64,000 nucleotides of DNA. Source: Adineta vaga. Lineage: Eukaryota > Animalia > Rotifera. The stretch's first letter is position 1. Every line of letters begins with the position of its first letter. Position numbers and translations under genes: made by a program. A model generated the notes under the pieces. It did not search any database and was not told the DNA's origin. It saw only the letters and a list, made by a program, of their open reading frames with translations. Where the stretch lies: contig CP075496.1 in the NCBI GenBank assembly GCA_021613535.1, forward strand, positions 2,294,001-2,358,000, given 5' to 3'. Positions 13,824-26,054 of this stretch are shown here, piece after piece.

Positions 13824-14453
13824 CTATTCTGATTGAATTGCACTCCAAATTTCATCGAGATTGATTTCTTCAAAGTTCTGCACTGTTCTCCATGTTCCGT
13901 ATTGTTCTAGAGTTTCTTGTTTTGCTGATGTTAATACACCAATACATTTGATTTCAGCAGCAGCACGAACACCGGATACGAAATTTCGAACTCACCAACT
14001 TCAAAGAATACTTTTTCATCAAGTTTTAAAATTCCTAATTCAAAGTCGACAACCAAACGAGGAGCATTGGTTGCTAAACCTATGAACAAAACTACATAGA
14101 TATTTGAAGGAAAATGTCAAGCGTGTATTTTTCACCAATTTTTAATTTTGATCGATTTTGTTTTATATATTCAAGTATTTTGTCAAGACCTCTTGTCGGT
14201 TGGAGTTTCTCTTTAGCTAATTGACGAAATAATAATTCTTTCTTATCCGCTAGTTTCTCTTGTTCCTCTTCAGATAAATGTGACGATAATTCACGAGTTA
14301 TATCAGCATTTAATCGACCTAAACAACATTCATAACATAAGACAAAATCAACTATTTCATTCTAACAGAAATATGCTTATTGAAAAATTCTCGATCAATT
14401 AAAGGTGCATCAGGATTAATTTCAGCGAGAATTATTTGTCCTGCTTCCAAATG
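13824..14453 (-). pseudogene. Truncated pseudogene copy of the HAD hydrolase at 19421-20262
   Basis: Lacks the N-terminal ~18 codons including motif I, the first donor is altered (G|GTAGA to G|TTAGA), and deletions remove the KPKPD cap motif region. Confidence 0.9.
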
Positions 14454-17400
14454 TATATCACATTTCTTTTCTTCAAAACATTTTTTGTATTTAAAACTTT
14501 TATCGAGTATTTGTTTTGTTCTTGTTGACTTTATAATTTCTTTTGTCAATGGAGATCTTCAGTTAAATGTTATAACAGTAAAATCAATTAGCCTTTTTGT
14601 ATTCAAAGAGTTTAACGATTCATAGGTTTTGACTCTCTTCGTTGTGACATTCTGTATAGTGCATTTCGATTTAGAGAGGAAACAATTTCAAGTCGAAATA
14701 CAGCAGCAATCACTAGTTCAATTGATCAGTAATTCATCATAGATTCTGCTCATTTCTGTCTGACTAATATCCAATTAATGCAGAGTAGTTGACCTTTCTC
14801 ATCAAAATAATAAAAATAAATAAACAAAAAGATTTTGAACAAGTATCACATGATCTAAAACTTCCTGTTAGTTGGTCATCAAAAATCATTGTTTTCTTTA
14901 TATCAATTCATATTAATTATTCGAATAGTAATTCTTTAAAAGAGTTCGATGAAATTAATCATGATCGCTTTTATTCCTTTTCTGAAAAAATGGGTTATCG
15001 AGTCGTTAAAAATGCTAAAAATTTATGAGTTTGTCTATGCCAATCAGATGGCAGCATTTTATAACTAAATAAAAACTTAACGATCGTCATCAGTAAAAGA
15101 TTAACCAAAGGTAATCGTGGTCGAGAAACTCGAATTTGAAGTTACTTACTCTTTTTGATTCACTGTTCTTGATCGGTTCTATTGTGTTTTGTCTGCAAAA
15201 AAAAACGTTTACGTAACTTTTTGTTTCAAATGTAAATCTGAGGTATTATATTGGATAATGCTCATAGTTGGAATATACGTCTTTAAAACTATTTAGTAAT
15301 TCTGATTTTGACGGTTATGGTTAATACCAGTTTTACAATGGAAACTATACATGGGGGAATTCGAAGACGTGGTATGAACCTGATATCGGTTTTAATTAAA
15401 TTTTTTTGTACTATTTACAATTTTAAGTCGGATTTTTCAATAGAATTCTAACCGAAATATGTGAGTAGGAATGAGAAACCTGATCCTAATCCTACTGCTG
15501 AATGTTCAAAGGTCTCAGACATATAAGTAACACTGCACATATATGAAGAACTATGCTTGATCAATACGATAGATTCTTTGCGACTCATAGAATAGTACTT
15601 CTACTTTTTGGTTTTTCTCTGAAATAGTATTGACACAAATTAATTGCTTCTTTGGAGAGAAAACGAAAATAGATTCATTTCTTCGATAGGAAAGCAAGTC
15701 ACAAGTGAACGATATTGTGAAGTTATGTAAGTAAAATGAGTAAGAGTAAAATACTTTTTTAGATAGTAGTCAAGTAATTTGGTTCATGAACCAAAGCAAA
15801 TCCTTACCTTATCCTAAGCTTGTTCGCAGGCTTGGTCAAGCGCTGTCATTAGAGATACAGTGACAATTGCAATGCGTTACTTATTATGATTATTCAGAAA
15901 CTTAAAATAACTTGTCATTAAGCATTAAAAAAACTCTGACTGTGAATTCTTTAATAAAGCTACTGAATTCATTGAAGAAATGTTTTTTAAGTAGAAATTC
16001 TGGCGACGTTTGCATCATGTTGCTTTTCATTCTAAAATATTTGAGTATCTTGAGTCTAATTACAATTCTTTCAGAAAAGGGTCAGCGAATGCCAAGGATG
16101 AGCGCTATTTATTCTTTATATGTTTCGATAATTACCATCAATGATTTTATCAAGAAGAAAAAAGACGAAGTATTTTTGAGCATGTTTAGGATAACGTTGT
16201 TGGCAGGCGGTTGAGTGCTGATGTTACTTCGTATTAGACACAGATAATTCCTGGTGATATTTGATATTTATTGAAAGCATAACAATAAGATCGGAGAATT
16301 CTTTTGCCGATTCGCTTCCATTATAAGTACAATAGGATCTCGCTTAATCCGTTAGTAAAGTGGAATAAAAGCCTTATTATATTATGAAGTTGAGCCGATC
16401 TTGTGCAGCCGTTTCTCGAAGTACGATTTTCACAAAAGAACCGTATTGTTTTGCAATGAGTGACAAGTCATCAACTGTTTCTAAAATGAATCAATGTGAT
16501 GAAAAAACAAGATGATTGATAATGTACTTAGCCATATGTTTCCATACAGTTTTAAAAAGGATCCCACCGCTCTACTATTAGACTGACGTTGCTTCTAGAA
16601 GAAAATCATAAAATAAAATTGATTTAAAAACCAATAGAACATGACAAAAGATGTGTCTATAAACTGCAAAGGTCTTTTTGTTATAGAGATATCCAGCGCA
16701 GCTGAAAATCTGCTGCTGCCACGCCGCGATGGTTTTCAAATACATATTTTGAATATCATTGTTGTGACCGCATTGGATTATAAATATTGATGCCAATTCT
16801 TAGAATTCATTTGGTCTCGTGGTGTTTCTACGTAAGCTCACAAATTCGACGAAATTCATGCAGATTTCCAATGTTTGTAAAAAAAATGGATAACACCATG
16901 ATGAATGATATCGACATACCTGTTGTTCAATAATACAATTGTTCATCGAGTGATCTTTTATAGAGAGTAACGAGAAGATAGAAGAATGCTCCTCTGTATT
17001 GTTTGGTCGTTTCGGTTCAGTGAAGGAGAAGAACGTATGACTATATGGTCCCAGCTAAACGGAAAATGAAATATGCTGTTGGCTATCTAAATTGAGTACC
17101 ATTATGTTGTAAGAAATACTCATATTCCATTTTTTTCCCTAGTTTAAATTAAATGAATTTGCTAAAACGAATAAGAAGCAGACAGATTAATAAATGGTAA
17201 TCAATATGGTAAAGGGACAAGAAAAGTTTTTATAGAATATGTATAACTATATATAAAATCAGAATTAAAGCATCTGTCGACTAAGCACATGTACGAAATA
17301 ATGGTCCACGATAAATAAGAGAGAAAGAAAAATTACACTACTAGAACGATCGAGGTCATCATATATGTTAAGTGGACTACCTAGATGAAGTAATATTCAA

Positions 17401-18211
17401 TAATAATTTGTTACTATGAATCTGATTGAAAACGATAAAAAGTTTAAGAAATCTAGTTAACGTTTATTGAAAATTTTCTATGAAACAATTTGATGAAACA
17501 TAACTTTTGGCGATAAAAGGCTGGATTATTCGATAAAGAGATTGCAGACTTTGGAGAGAATTATTTTACTCGACGAAAACTTAATATATATCATGCGGAA
17601 ATGGATAAAAAATAGATAGTCGAATTCATGCTACATGTCACACTATGTATCGGAGAGAAAAGATAAGGGTGCAAACATATATAAGACGTTTGTCTTTGTT
17701 TCTGCTGGAAACACCTGTCGTACGAAAAAAAACATATTAATTGATATTTCTGTAGATCTGTTGAACTACTTCAGATAAGGAGTGAAATGAATTAATGATA
17801 TCTCTGTATAAATAGGTCGCTTGTTCCAATGTAAATGAATTTCACTAAATAAGATTATCGCGAAGAAAAGATTTCTCTTTGACTTTGTGAGTTACAACGT
17901 TTCTGAAGGACAGACAATTGATAGTACATGAGTAACATATATATATATATGTCATCAAGTAACTAAAATCTCTGTACTACATAAAACGATGCGTACATCT
18001 GATATAGAAAGTTAGTAGACTATGTACTCTATCGATGCTTGTTGGAACTCCTATTTTTAATAATTTTTTGCACTACTGAAGTATATACCTCTGTCATCCG
18101 ATGAAGAGTCAACTTCAAATCCTAATCCATAAATCTATAATGCATGGAGTGCTATGGAGACAGCATACTACAGGAGCATAGCTGGGGGATACCTGAAATC
18201 ACTAGACATCG

Positions 18212-18306
18212 TCCCATTCAGGTCATGAAAATCATGACTAATACTGTAATAGACAACACTCAAACGAGAATCTTTTGTTATTAATTGTTTCCCAACACTC
18301 AATGTT
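18212..18306 (-). pseudogene. Degenerate fragment of the Ig gene exon at 9717-9812
   Basis: Encodes TLSVGKQLITKDSRLSVVYYSI versus TLSVGKKLITKDSRLSVAYYSI (5 mismatches in a 67-bp core), followed by a 1-nt deletion and an in-frame stop. Confidence 0.85.
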
Positions 18307-20208
18307 TGATATGATATCATCCGTTAACTTCTCTCAGAACACTTGCATTTCATACATCAATAGAGAAAATATTCATTTAGATTTCTTCAGTACAGCGGAA
18401 GCAATTTATTCCAGGAATAGATGAAAAAAAAAAAGTGTAACTTTTAGAAAAATTAACTTTCGATATGCATAACCTAATCTTATCAGGTAGAGGAAAATAT
18501 TTTTTTCCAAAGAAGATTGAATGCATTTATTCGGATGACTTTTTACTTTGATACAGATGAAAAAATAAAAAAAACTAATTTCTTATGCAAATGGATAAGA
18601 TTGCAAGAGTTGTTTTTGCTTCTTTCCTCTTCATTGTGTAACGAATAGACATACAACATTGACAAAACTCACTCGAGTTACTTCATCAGATTACAAGAAC
18701 GTTTTTCTCCTTTCAAACAACAAATTATCCAAGGAAACGATGCGCTTTTGGACACCATTTCATACAAGTTCAATTGACATCATATCTGATGCTCCAAACA
18801 AGATGATTTTTCGTGCACCAGATCGAATTCGTCTTCAAATGACTGTTGATCATTTGGATTTAAATCAAAAGCCTGGAACATGTTTCACTCATTATAATCA
18901 TCAAACACGTCTATGGGAATGTTTTCATTCACCTCATACAAGTGGTCAACATCGTCTCTTCATTTGGGTTCTAGATAATGAAGAAGATACTCAATGGGCC
19001 ACTGCTGTTCGATTCGATATTTATATCAAACGAAAAGGAGAGTTTATCAGTTATCCTACAACAACTAATATATTCAATATACTTCGATGTCAATTAATAA
19101 CACCAATGAATGGACATTTTTCAAGAGAATCTCTTCCAACTGATATTGTTCTTCGTGTACCTAATGTTCGTGATGTACAATTACAAATTGATGAACAAAC
19201 ATTAGTTACAGGAGACAATCTTCAAAATGATATTTATAAACTCGAAATTCCAACTAAAATATCCAATGATGTAAAAAGTTTTGTAGTGATGGTTTTATGT
19301 GCTGATGATACTTATTATTCGACATTAATCACATATAGAATCGAATAAAAAAAAAACTTCGGAAAAATACGTGCGTTTGCTATTCATTGAATCATCAATG
19401 TTGTTTCTAATCGAAATAAATTATTCTGATTGGATTGCACTCCAAATTTCATCGAGATTGATTTCTTCAAAGTTCTGCACTGTTCTCCATGTTCCGTATT
19501 GTTCTAGAGTTTCTTGTTTTGCTGATGTTAATACACCAATACATTTGATTTCAGCAGCAACGGCAGCACGGACACCGGATACGGAATCTTCGAAGATAAT
19601 ACATGAATTCTTATCGACGTTTAAACGTTTTGCTAATTCCAAGTAAATATCTGGTTTGGGTTTACCTTGATTTTGAAAAACAAACGAATTAAGTGAAAGA
19701 TTCATGTGGAATCTAGAACTCACCAATTCCAAATTCTTCAGCGAGAAGAGCTGCGTCAAAGAATGTTTTTTCATCAAGTTTTAAAATTCCTAATTCAAAG
19801 TCGACAACCAAACGAGGAGCATTGGTTGCTAAACCTATGAACAAAACTACATAGATATTTGAAGGAAAATGTCAAGCGTGTATTCTTCACCAATTTTTAA
19901 TTTTGATCGATTTTGTTTTATATATTCAAGTATTTTGTCAAGACCTCTTGTCGGTTGGAGTTTCTCTTTAGCTAATTGACGAAATAATAATTCTTTCTTA
20001 TCCGCTAGTTTCTCTTGTTCCTCTTCAGATAAATGTGACGATAATTCACGAGTTATATCAGCATTTAATCGACCTAAACAACATTCATAACATAAGACAA
20101 AATCAACTATTTCATTCTACCAGAAATATGCTTATTGAAAAATTCTCGATCAATTAAAGGTGCATCAGGATTGATTTCAGCAAGAATAATTTGCCATGCT
20201 TCGAAATG
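18299..20208 (+). repeat. Direct segmental duplication, copy 2 (partner 12703-14453)
   Basis: See copy 1. Confidence 0.95.
18740..19348 (+). CDS. KY-like C-terminal domain protein, copy 2
   Basis: Differs from copy 1 by three residues (H/Q, V/E, G/V), all near the C-terminus. Confidence 0.55.
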   Translation: MRFWTPFHTSSIDIISDAPNKMIFRAPDRIRLQMTVDHLDLNQKPGTCFTHYNHQTRLWECFHSPHTSGQHRLFIWVLDNEEDTQWATAVRFDIYIKRKGEFISYPTTTNIFNILRCQLITPMNGHFSRESLPTDIVLRVPNVRDVQLQIDEQTLVTGDNLQNDIYKLEIPTKISNDVKSFVVMVLCADDTYYSTLITYRIE

Positions 20209-20262
20209 AATTGGATCAGAATCAACTAATGTACCATCAAGACCAAATAAGATTCCGTACAT
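19421..20262 (-). CDS. HAD-superfamily hydrolase, beta-PGM/CbbY/plant SGPP-like (4 exons); motif I nucleophile reads Gly
   Basis: MYGILFGLDGTLVDSDPIHFEAWQ..IDREFFNKHISG-RLNADI..KKELLFRQLA..KLQPTRGL..G-LATNAPR..FFDA..G-KPKPDIYL..IIFEDSVSGVRAAVAA; all four exons join in phase 1. Confidence 0.88.
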
Positions 20263-20424
20263 TTCACTTGTTTTTATGAGAACTATTTTCCAATCTAAAA
20301 ATCTTTATCTATTTATATTAGTTCTTACAGTGTTTACAAAATAAACGAACAAAAAATAGAATTACAAAAGAACGAAATATCGAATGCTAGTATAAAAAAA
20401 TATTTTCGCGTGTAGAGTAAATTA

Positions 20425-22956
20425 TTAGCTCTTTGTTTCAAAACGCATGGCTTCCTGAGCAGTTTTCATTAATAATAAATCAATATCAGGTGTTGGTAAA
20501 ACATTTTCATGTGCTAATGCCATACGACGTGGAAAGAAGACGTAGTCAAGCTAGGTGTTGAACATTACAGAAGATATTTTAGATAGGAATAAAGGAAATA
20601 GTTTGAAATATTACCGGATAATTAAGAAAATTACAAACATTTGATGTGTAAACATCAGCAAAACGAGCTAAACGTCGATGAAAATATGTTGGAACGGTAT
20701 ATGTACGAAATACAGAACCGAAATAAGGATTGAAATAGTCGCGAGATTTCGTTCTAAAAATACATCAAACAGTATGAATAGAAAGGATTCTATTTAGACT
20801 ACCTTTCTTCTTCTCTTTCAGCTACCCAAGTTTTCATTAGAGCATCAACTTCGGGACCAGGAATGATCTATAAAAAAAATTGAACATATGAATTTTCACA
20901 TATTATCTTCTGAATTAACAGAAATGAAGTTTAGTGAACAAATTTGTAAGGAAAACAATATGTTCAATTTCACTCTTTTAAAGTATTACAATGATGAGGA
21001 TAAGCATCGATTGACAAATAAAATATCCTGAGAAATTTTACATACTTGTAATTGATCGATTAGCCATTGAAGAACATTCAACTAAGAGAATCAAAATATT
21101 TAAATGAGTTAAAATAAAAGTTAATTGTGTTACCCATCGAATAGTTTTTTGAAATGCTTCTGAATTAATTACATTAATTTCATCCTTGCATATAGAAAAT
21201 TAGACGAGTTTTATATTTTAGGGAAGTATCAATATTTACTTCGACTTCTTCTAGGATAGCACCAGTTCTCCATCCATGTGTAAGAAAAAGATCCTTCAAA
21301 GAAAATTTTGAAGAATATTTTAACAACAATGTTTTGAGCTTACTGCTAAATCACCGTAGATATGATCACCAATATAAAGAACATCATGGCCTTGCCAATG
21401 TGTCATATCCACAAGAGTTGTAAGATTACCCTTACATAAGATAATAAGATATCAGTTCATGTGCTGTTAGAAATAAACATACGTCGACATAGACTTTTCC
21501 TTTCTCTAATTTAGATACTCGGTCCCATGATTTTGAATTATTATCGACATTGATTTCTCGAAAAGGTCTATAAAAAAGATATTTCACAAAAAGAATGAGC
21601 ATCTCAAGAGAAAAAAAACTATCACTAAACCTTTTTTGTGCACCAAAAAATGAGGGTTTTCTTGCTTGACATATAACGATATCGAAGAAATCTTGCCATT
21701 TTTCTCCAAGCAAATAACTCATGCCACGATTCACATACCAGAATGCACTGTTTGTTATTAAAAATAATTGTTTGTTTGCATCACGAAGTCGTTGTAAGAA
21801 TGGTTTCAAACGAACATTTTCTTCGAAATAAGTAGCTAAATATAAATTAATGAATATGATTCCAACTAATACATATACATCTATATGTATATATTATGAA
21901 ATACCTTACCTACATTTTGTCCAGCTATTTGATGCATCATGCCACTTTTATGGAAAGCACCGACTGCTTCCTTTTGATTACAAAAATATTTTATCAAGTT
22001 TTCTTTGAAAAATCACATACTCGAACATCATAATGTACGTATTCGGCAGCAAATGGAATACTGTTGTCGATAAAGTACTGAAAATGCAAAATAAATCATT
22101 TATAAATAATATTACAGAGAATTCTTTTCCTTTGTACTTGTATAACGTCTCTTAGAATTGTGATTTCAGGTATTGTAAAAATATCAACGTACTGAAACAT
22201 ATTGGATGTCATACCAAGGTAACCGACTTCATCGACAGACAGTTTTGTACCACGATGTGCTGCAATGACTTCTTCATCCGATACTTGTCGCATACCACTT
22301 GAATAGAAGTCGAATTTGTATATAAACTATTAAATTCAACTTACTGATATACAGTGCCTAACTGAATATTATGATAACTATCAACTTTCATTAACCATCC
22401 GCGTTTTATATCTAAATGAAGACCACGAGCACCCATTCCAGGACGAAAAGAAAAATCCATTATTTGATCAGGATACTTTATTGGAGAAAAACAACTCTAC
22501 GTGTGAAATTCTCAAACATAATAGTCTTACTCGTAGATTTTTTACAAGATATTGTTTCGTATGATCATATATGAGTGAATGTAATGTTGGTTTATATCTA
22601 GCTAATGTATAATCTATTTTCAAGAGGAAAACAAACGTCATTCACATTCCTAATAATTTAGAATAAGGTTACAAACCGAAATCAAAACCATAAACTTGTA
22701 TTTTCTGCAAACTTAATTCATTGTTTGCAAATATTCCAGTTGGACTCATTTCCTCTGAGAGTGATGATGATGGAGCTAAAATGTTAGTTCTTAAAATATG
22801 TTAATCAAAATAAAAACTTTTACATAGACATTCTTCTTTAAGTAGTTCATAAATCTGTTGTAAATCTTTTAATTGACGTATTTGTGTATACGAACGTCGA
22901 GATTGCTGAAATATTTTGGTAATAGATCGATAATATTGCTTACTATTGCATAACAT
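20425..22956 (-). CDS. 5'-nucleotidase domain-containing protein (NT5DC2/3-like), many short introns
   Basis: [134 protein letters not shown]. Confidence 0.92.
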
Positions 22957-23499
22957 TATATAAATAATTAACTTTGATATAAACTTAAATAGCAACACAC
23001 TTCTTTATTTTAATTTAGGATGTGTTTTTGATTAATTCATTCTATCCTTCTTTTTTTCTATAGGCAGAGCATAGGAGAGGTTATTGGTAGAACCACTTCA
23101 TTCTCGTGTCGACAGAGGTCTATAGAAGGCAAGATTCATACACTTGGACGAAAGCAAATTTGTTTCTTCAAAAATGATAGTTTCGTCTTCAACATGTGCA
23201 AGAATATATTGTTTCAAAACAATAATGTAAAATACTATCTTATCAGCTTAGAATATGAAGAGATACTACTTTGAAACGATGAAAACAACTTGTATTAAAC
23301 TAGTATTGAGGATCAATTCAAAGATGATACAGATATTGTAAACGATGTAATTAATCACAGATCTTTAAAAGAACGTGATTGTAAAGTTTTTAGAGATTCA
23401 TTCGCCTTCACTTCAAAAATAGAAGAAAATGTTATAGAAAAATCTGTTTGTTATGTAGCTCGCACATCGGGTTTTAGTGATGTCAAATATTGGACGTCG

Positions 23500-24716
23500 T
23501 TGATTCGTCTTAATCGCTTGGCTGAATGATGTTAATACATTCGGAGTGAGAATCAATCAATCGACTAACCATATATCTGTGTATTCCAAAAATTTAGTTG
23601 ATGACAAAACAATTGATATTCAATCAATCATCGAAATACAATAATCCTCCGTATATATATATCTACTAATACTGGATTATTAGCCAGCAGGGCAGGAGTT
23701 AATGTATATGGATGATTGAGGAGCCAGAGCAAGCAATGGGACGATCGATTCGAAGATTTCGATAATTTCCTATTTTGAAATTTTGCATCCATTTTTCTAC
23801 TGATTTCTGTCGGGAACAATGCTTTTCCAACGATTACTGGATCGGTTCCGGAGATTGCAATCATCATCATGCTTCGTGACGAAGTTCTAAAGTAATACAT
23901 TGAATTTTGTGTTCCAATCTAAAAGATAAAACTTAAGAGAAATATAAACATTAACAACTCTTACAGTTTCTGTTCCTCAAAATCCAACACAATAAATACG
24001 ATCGCCTAGAAATTCAAATGTGATTCACCTTGCAGGCTAAAGATGTAACATTACTACATACTAGAAAATTTTACTTACTCACTAGGAGGAGAGTATGGAT
24101 GTTCACGAATGTTTAGCGAAGTATTTATAGTTTCATGGCGTCGTGATCTATCTAATCGAAAATATATGCCCTAGTTTAAATATGTGCATAGAACTCTGAT
24201 TGTTTGTCCCTCTAACCATGGAAAATCTATTTGATTGACACCATTAAAATGTATCTGATCGCATCAGAGCACGTTTTGCCATGTCAGATGCAAATATATC
24301 CTATATGCCAAGAATATATGACCACATATATATTTAGCTCACAATAGAATTCGATTATCTTTACTAATTTTGTTTTTAAGATTAATAATTCTACTATTAT
24401 GATCCTTAGTCAGTAGCTCAATTGTTTTTCAAAAAAATATCAGTGTAATAAATTTGAGGGTGTTTCACCTTGAAATCTTTTATCTGTATTTTGATATTGA
24501 CATCATCGAATTCTTATTTTAATATTCTATAGAAAAACCGAGCAAATTTCGATAAATTTTAAAATTTGGAAGAATTATCAGTCTGATTCAACTTGTTGTA
24601 CTTACTTGTTCATATTTCACTATACGTTCACAAAATGCTTGTCTTGTGATCAAGTTTTCTGAAGTACCAATGTTGCATTGGACATCCAAAATAGTAATCA
24701 TACGGCCAATCACCAT
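23500..24716 (-). pseudogene. Possible degenerate multi-exon gene of unknown family (approximate limits)
   Basis: A series of exon-like blocks with GT/AG ends (MVIGRMITILDVQCNIG..KYEQ; SRRHETINTSLNIREHPYSL; IGTQNSMYYFRT..LLNHPYTL), but every join I tried contains stops or frameshifts. Confidence 0.3.
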
Positions 24717-25385
24717 CGTATTAGACAGTTTTTTTTCGAATGCCTATCTAGGAAGTATTGAATGATTACATTGGATAGCTAATTATAGTAGGCAAGAACA
24801 TATCTTATGATGAGTGAAACAAAAAGCTCTACTGATATGTTCTATTATCATCAGACTGCTTAACTTTTTCTTTAAGAATTTCAAGAGTATAGTGGTTGTT
24901 GTTGATAAGTTTTGAACAAACATTCGAAACTCGCAAAAAAGAGTTATCACACATAGATTCAGGTTATAAGTTCTGGTCTTTGGTTGATTTTATTGTAGAG
25001 TGAAGTTGACTTGTAATATGAGAAAAATCGATTGGCGGATGGATACATATGTAATGAACTGAACTAAACAGAAAACTGAGGAAATGATTGAAGAATTCTA
25101 TCTATCGATTAAAATATTGATGCTCAAAAAGATCCTGTTAGCATTTACTTTCATTCTTGTGAGCGTGAGTACATGAGACGTCTCTGTAATCTATATATAC
25201 ATACAGATCAAAATCCACACCCACTGATATATCAGAATCATTACAAACTGTGAAAATATTTCGAGATATACATTTTATAAATAATAAAAAGTACAAAAAA
25301 CGAAAAAAATATGAACATGCACTTTCTCTCAAGATATACATGTATATAATTATTCTGTCATCAATTAAACATGATCGAATATACT

Positions 25386-26054
25386 TTAAATTACGTAAAT
25401 AATAGATATGAATAGACTGATAATTAGAATCCAAGTGTGTGGAACAATATATTCTCCTTTATTATACCAATAATTTCCACCAGTTGCATACCATCCTTGA
25501 CTTCCAGGTGGATAACGATTGTTAGGTTTGTTATAATAATTATTAGTATTTGGTCTTTGCCATTGATTGTTGTAGTTATTATTATTATTCTGATAATATT
25601 GTTGTTGTTGTTGTGGTTGCTGTTGTTGATGCGAATTTTGAATATAACCACCATTGTGAGTATATGCATGATTGTAACTTACTACACTAATTCCTCCTTC
25701 AGCATCATTTGTATTCGGTTTAATTCCACCGTAGTTTGGATTAACTCCAGTGCCTGCAATTTAGGGAAAAAAATATGTCTGAACAATGAATATTGTTCAA
25801 TAAAAACAAAGTTTACCATAATAAGCACCAGGAGAACCACCACTTGGATTATTCGATCCTCCTGACCATCCTTCGTAAGGAAGACTATTGTGATTTAATT
25901 GCCTGACGACGATAACGTTGAAAAGGTAGCCCATCTATTGTAATTAAAATCAATACTTGTCTTTTTGAAACTTCTAATTATTTATATTCAGCTACTCACT
26001 CGATGAATACAGTAATATATTAGCAAATACAACTAAATACGTAGTATAAATCAT
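25386..26054 (-). CDS. Small secreted, putatively GPI-anchored Q/N/G/Y-rich low-complexity protein
   Basis: Exon 1 MIYTTYLVVFANILLYSS (GTGAGT donor), then NGLPFQRYRR, then (W)SGGSNNPSGGSPGAYY, then last exon GTGVNPNYGG..HQQQQPQQQQQYYQNNNNNYNNQWQRPNTNNYNKPNNRYPPGSQGWYATGGNYWYNKGEYIVPHTWILIISLFISIIYVI*. The short intron after RYRR is inferred. Confidence 0.7.

Larger units (their letters stand above)
12703..14453 (+). repeat. Direct segmental duplication, copy 1 (partner 18299-20208)
   Basis: Near-identical to 18299-20208 at an offset of 5596 bp over the 5' part; carries internal deletions at about 13960-14005. Confidence 0.95.

Noticed and set aside
12703-20208. Direct repeats as LTRs of a retrotransposon
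   Set aside because: The repeats carry cellular genes, lack TG...CA ends and PBS/PPT, and no gag or pol is recognisable between them.
25386-25560. True homology to vertebrate prion protein
   Set aside because: Only short low-complexity matches; no PrP globular domain, disulfide or hydrophobic core.
25424-25865. Hydrophobic 142-aa (+) and 81-aa (-) ORFs from the track
   Set aside because: Antisense or alternative-frame shadows of the CAA/AAT-rich exon of the Q/N-rich gene.
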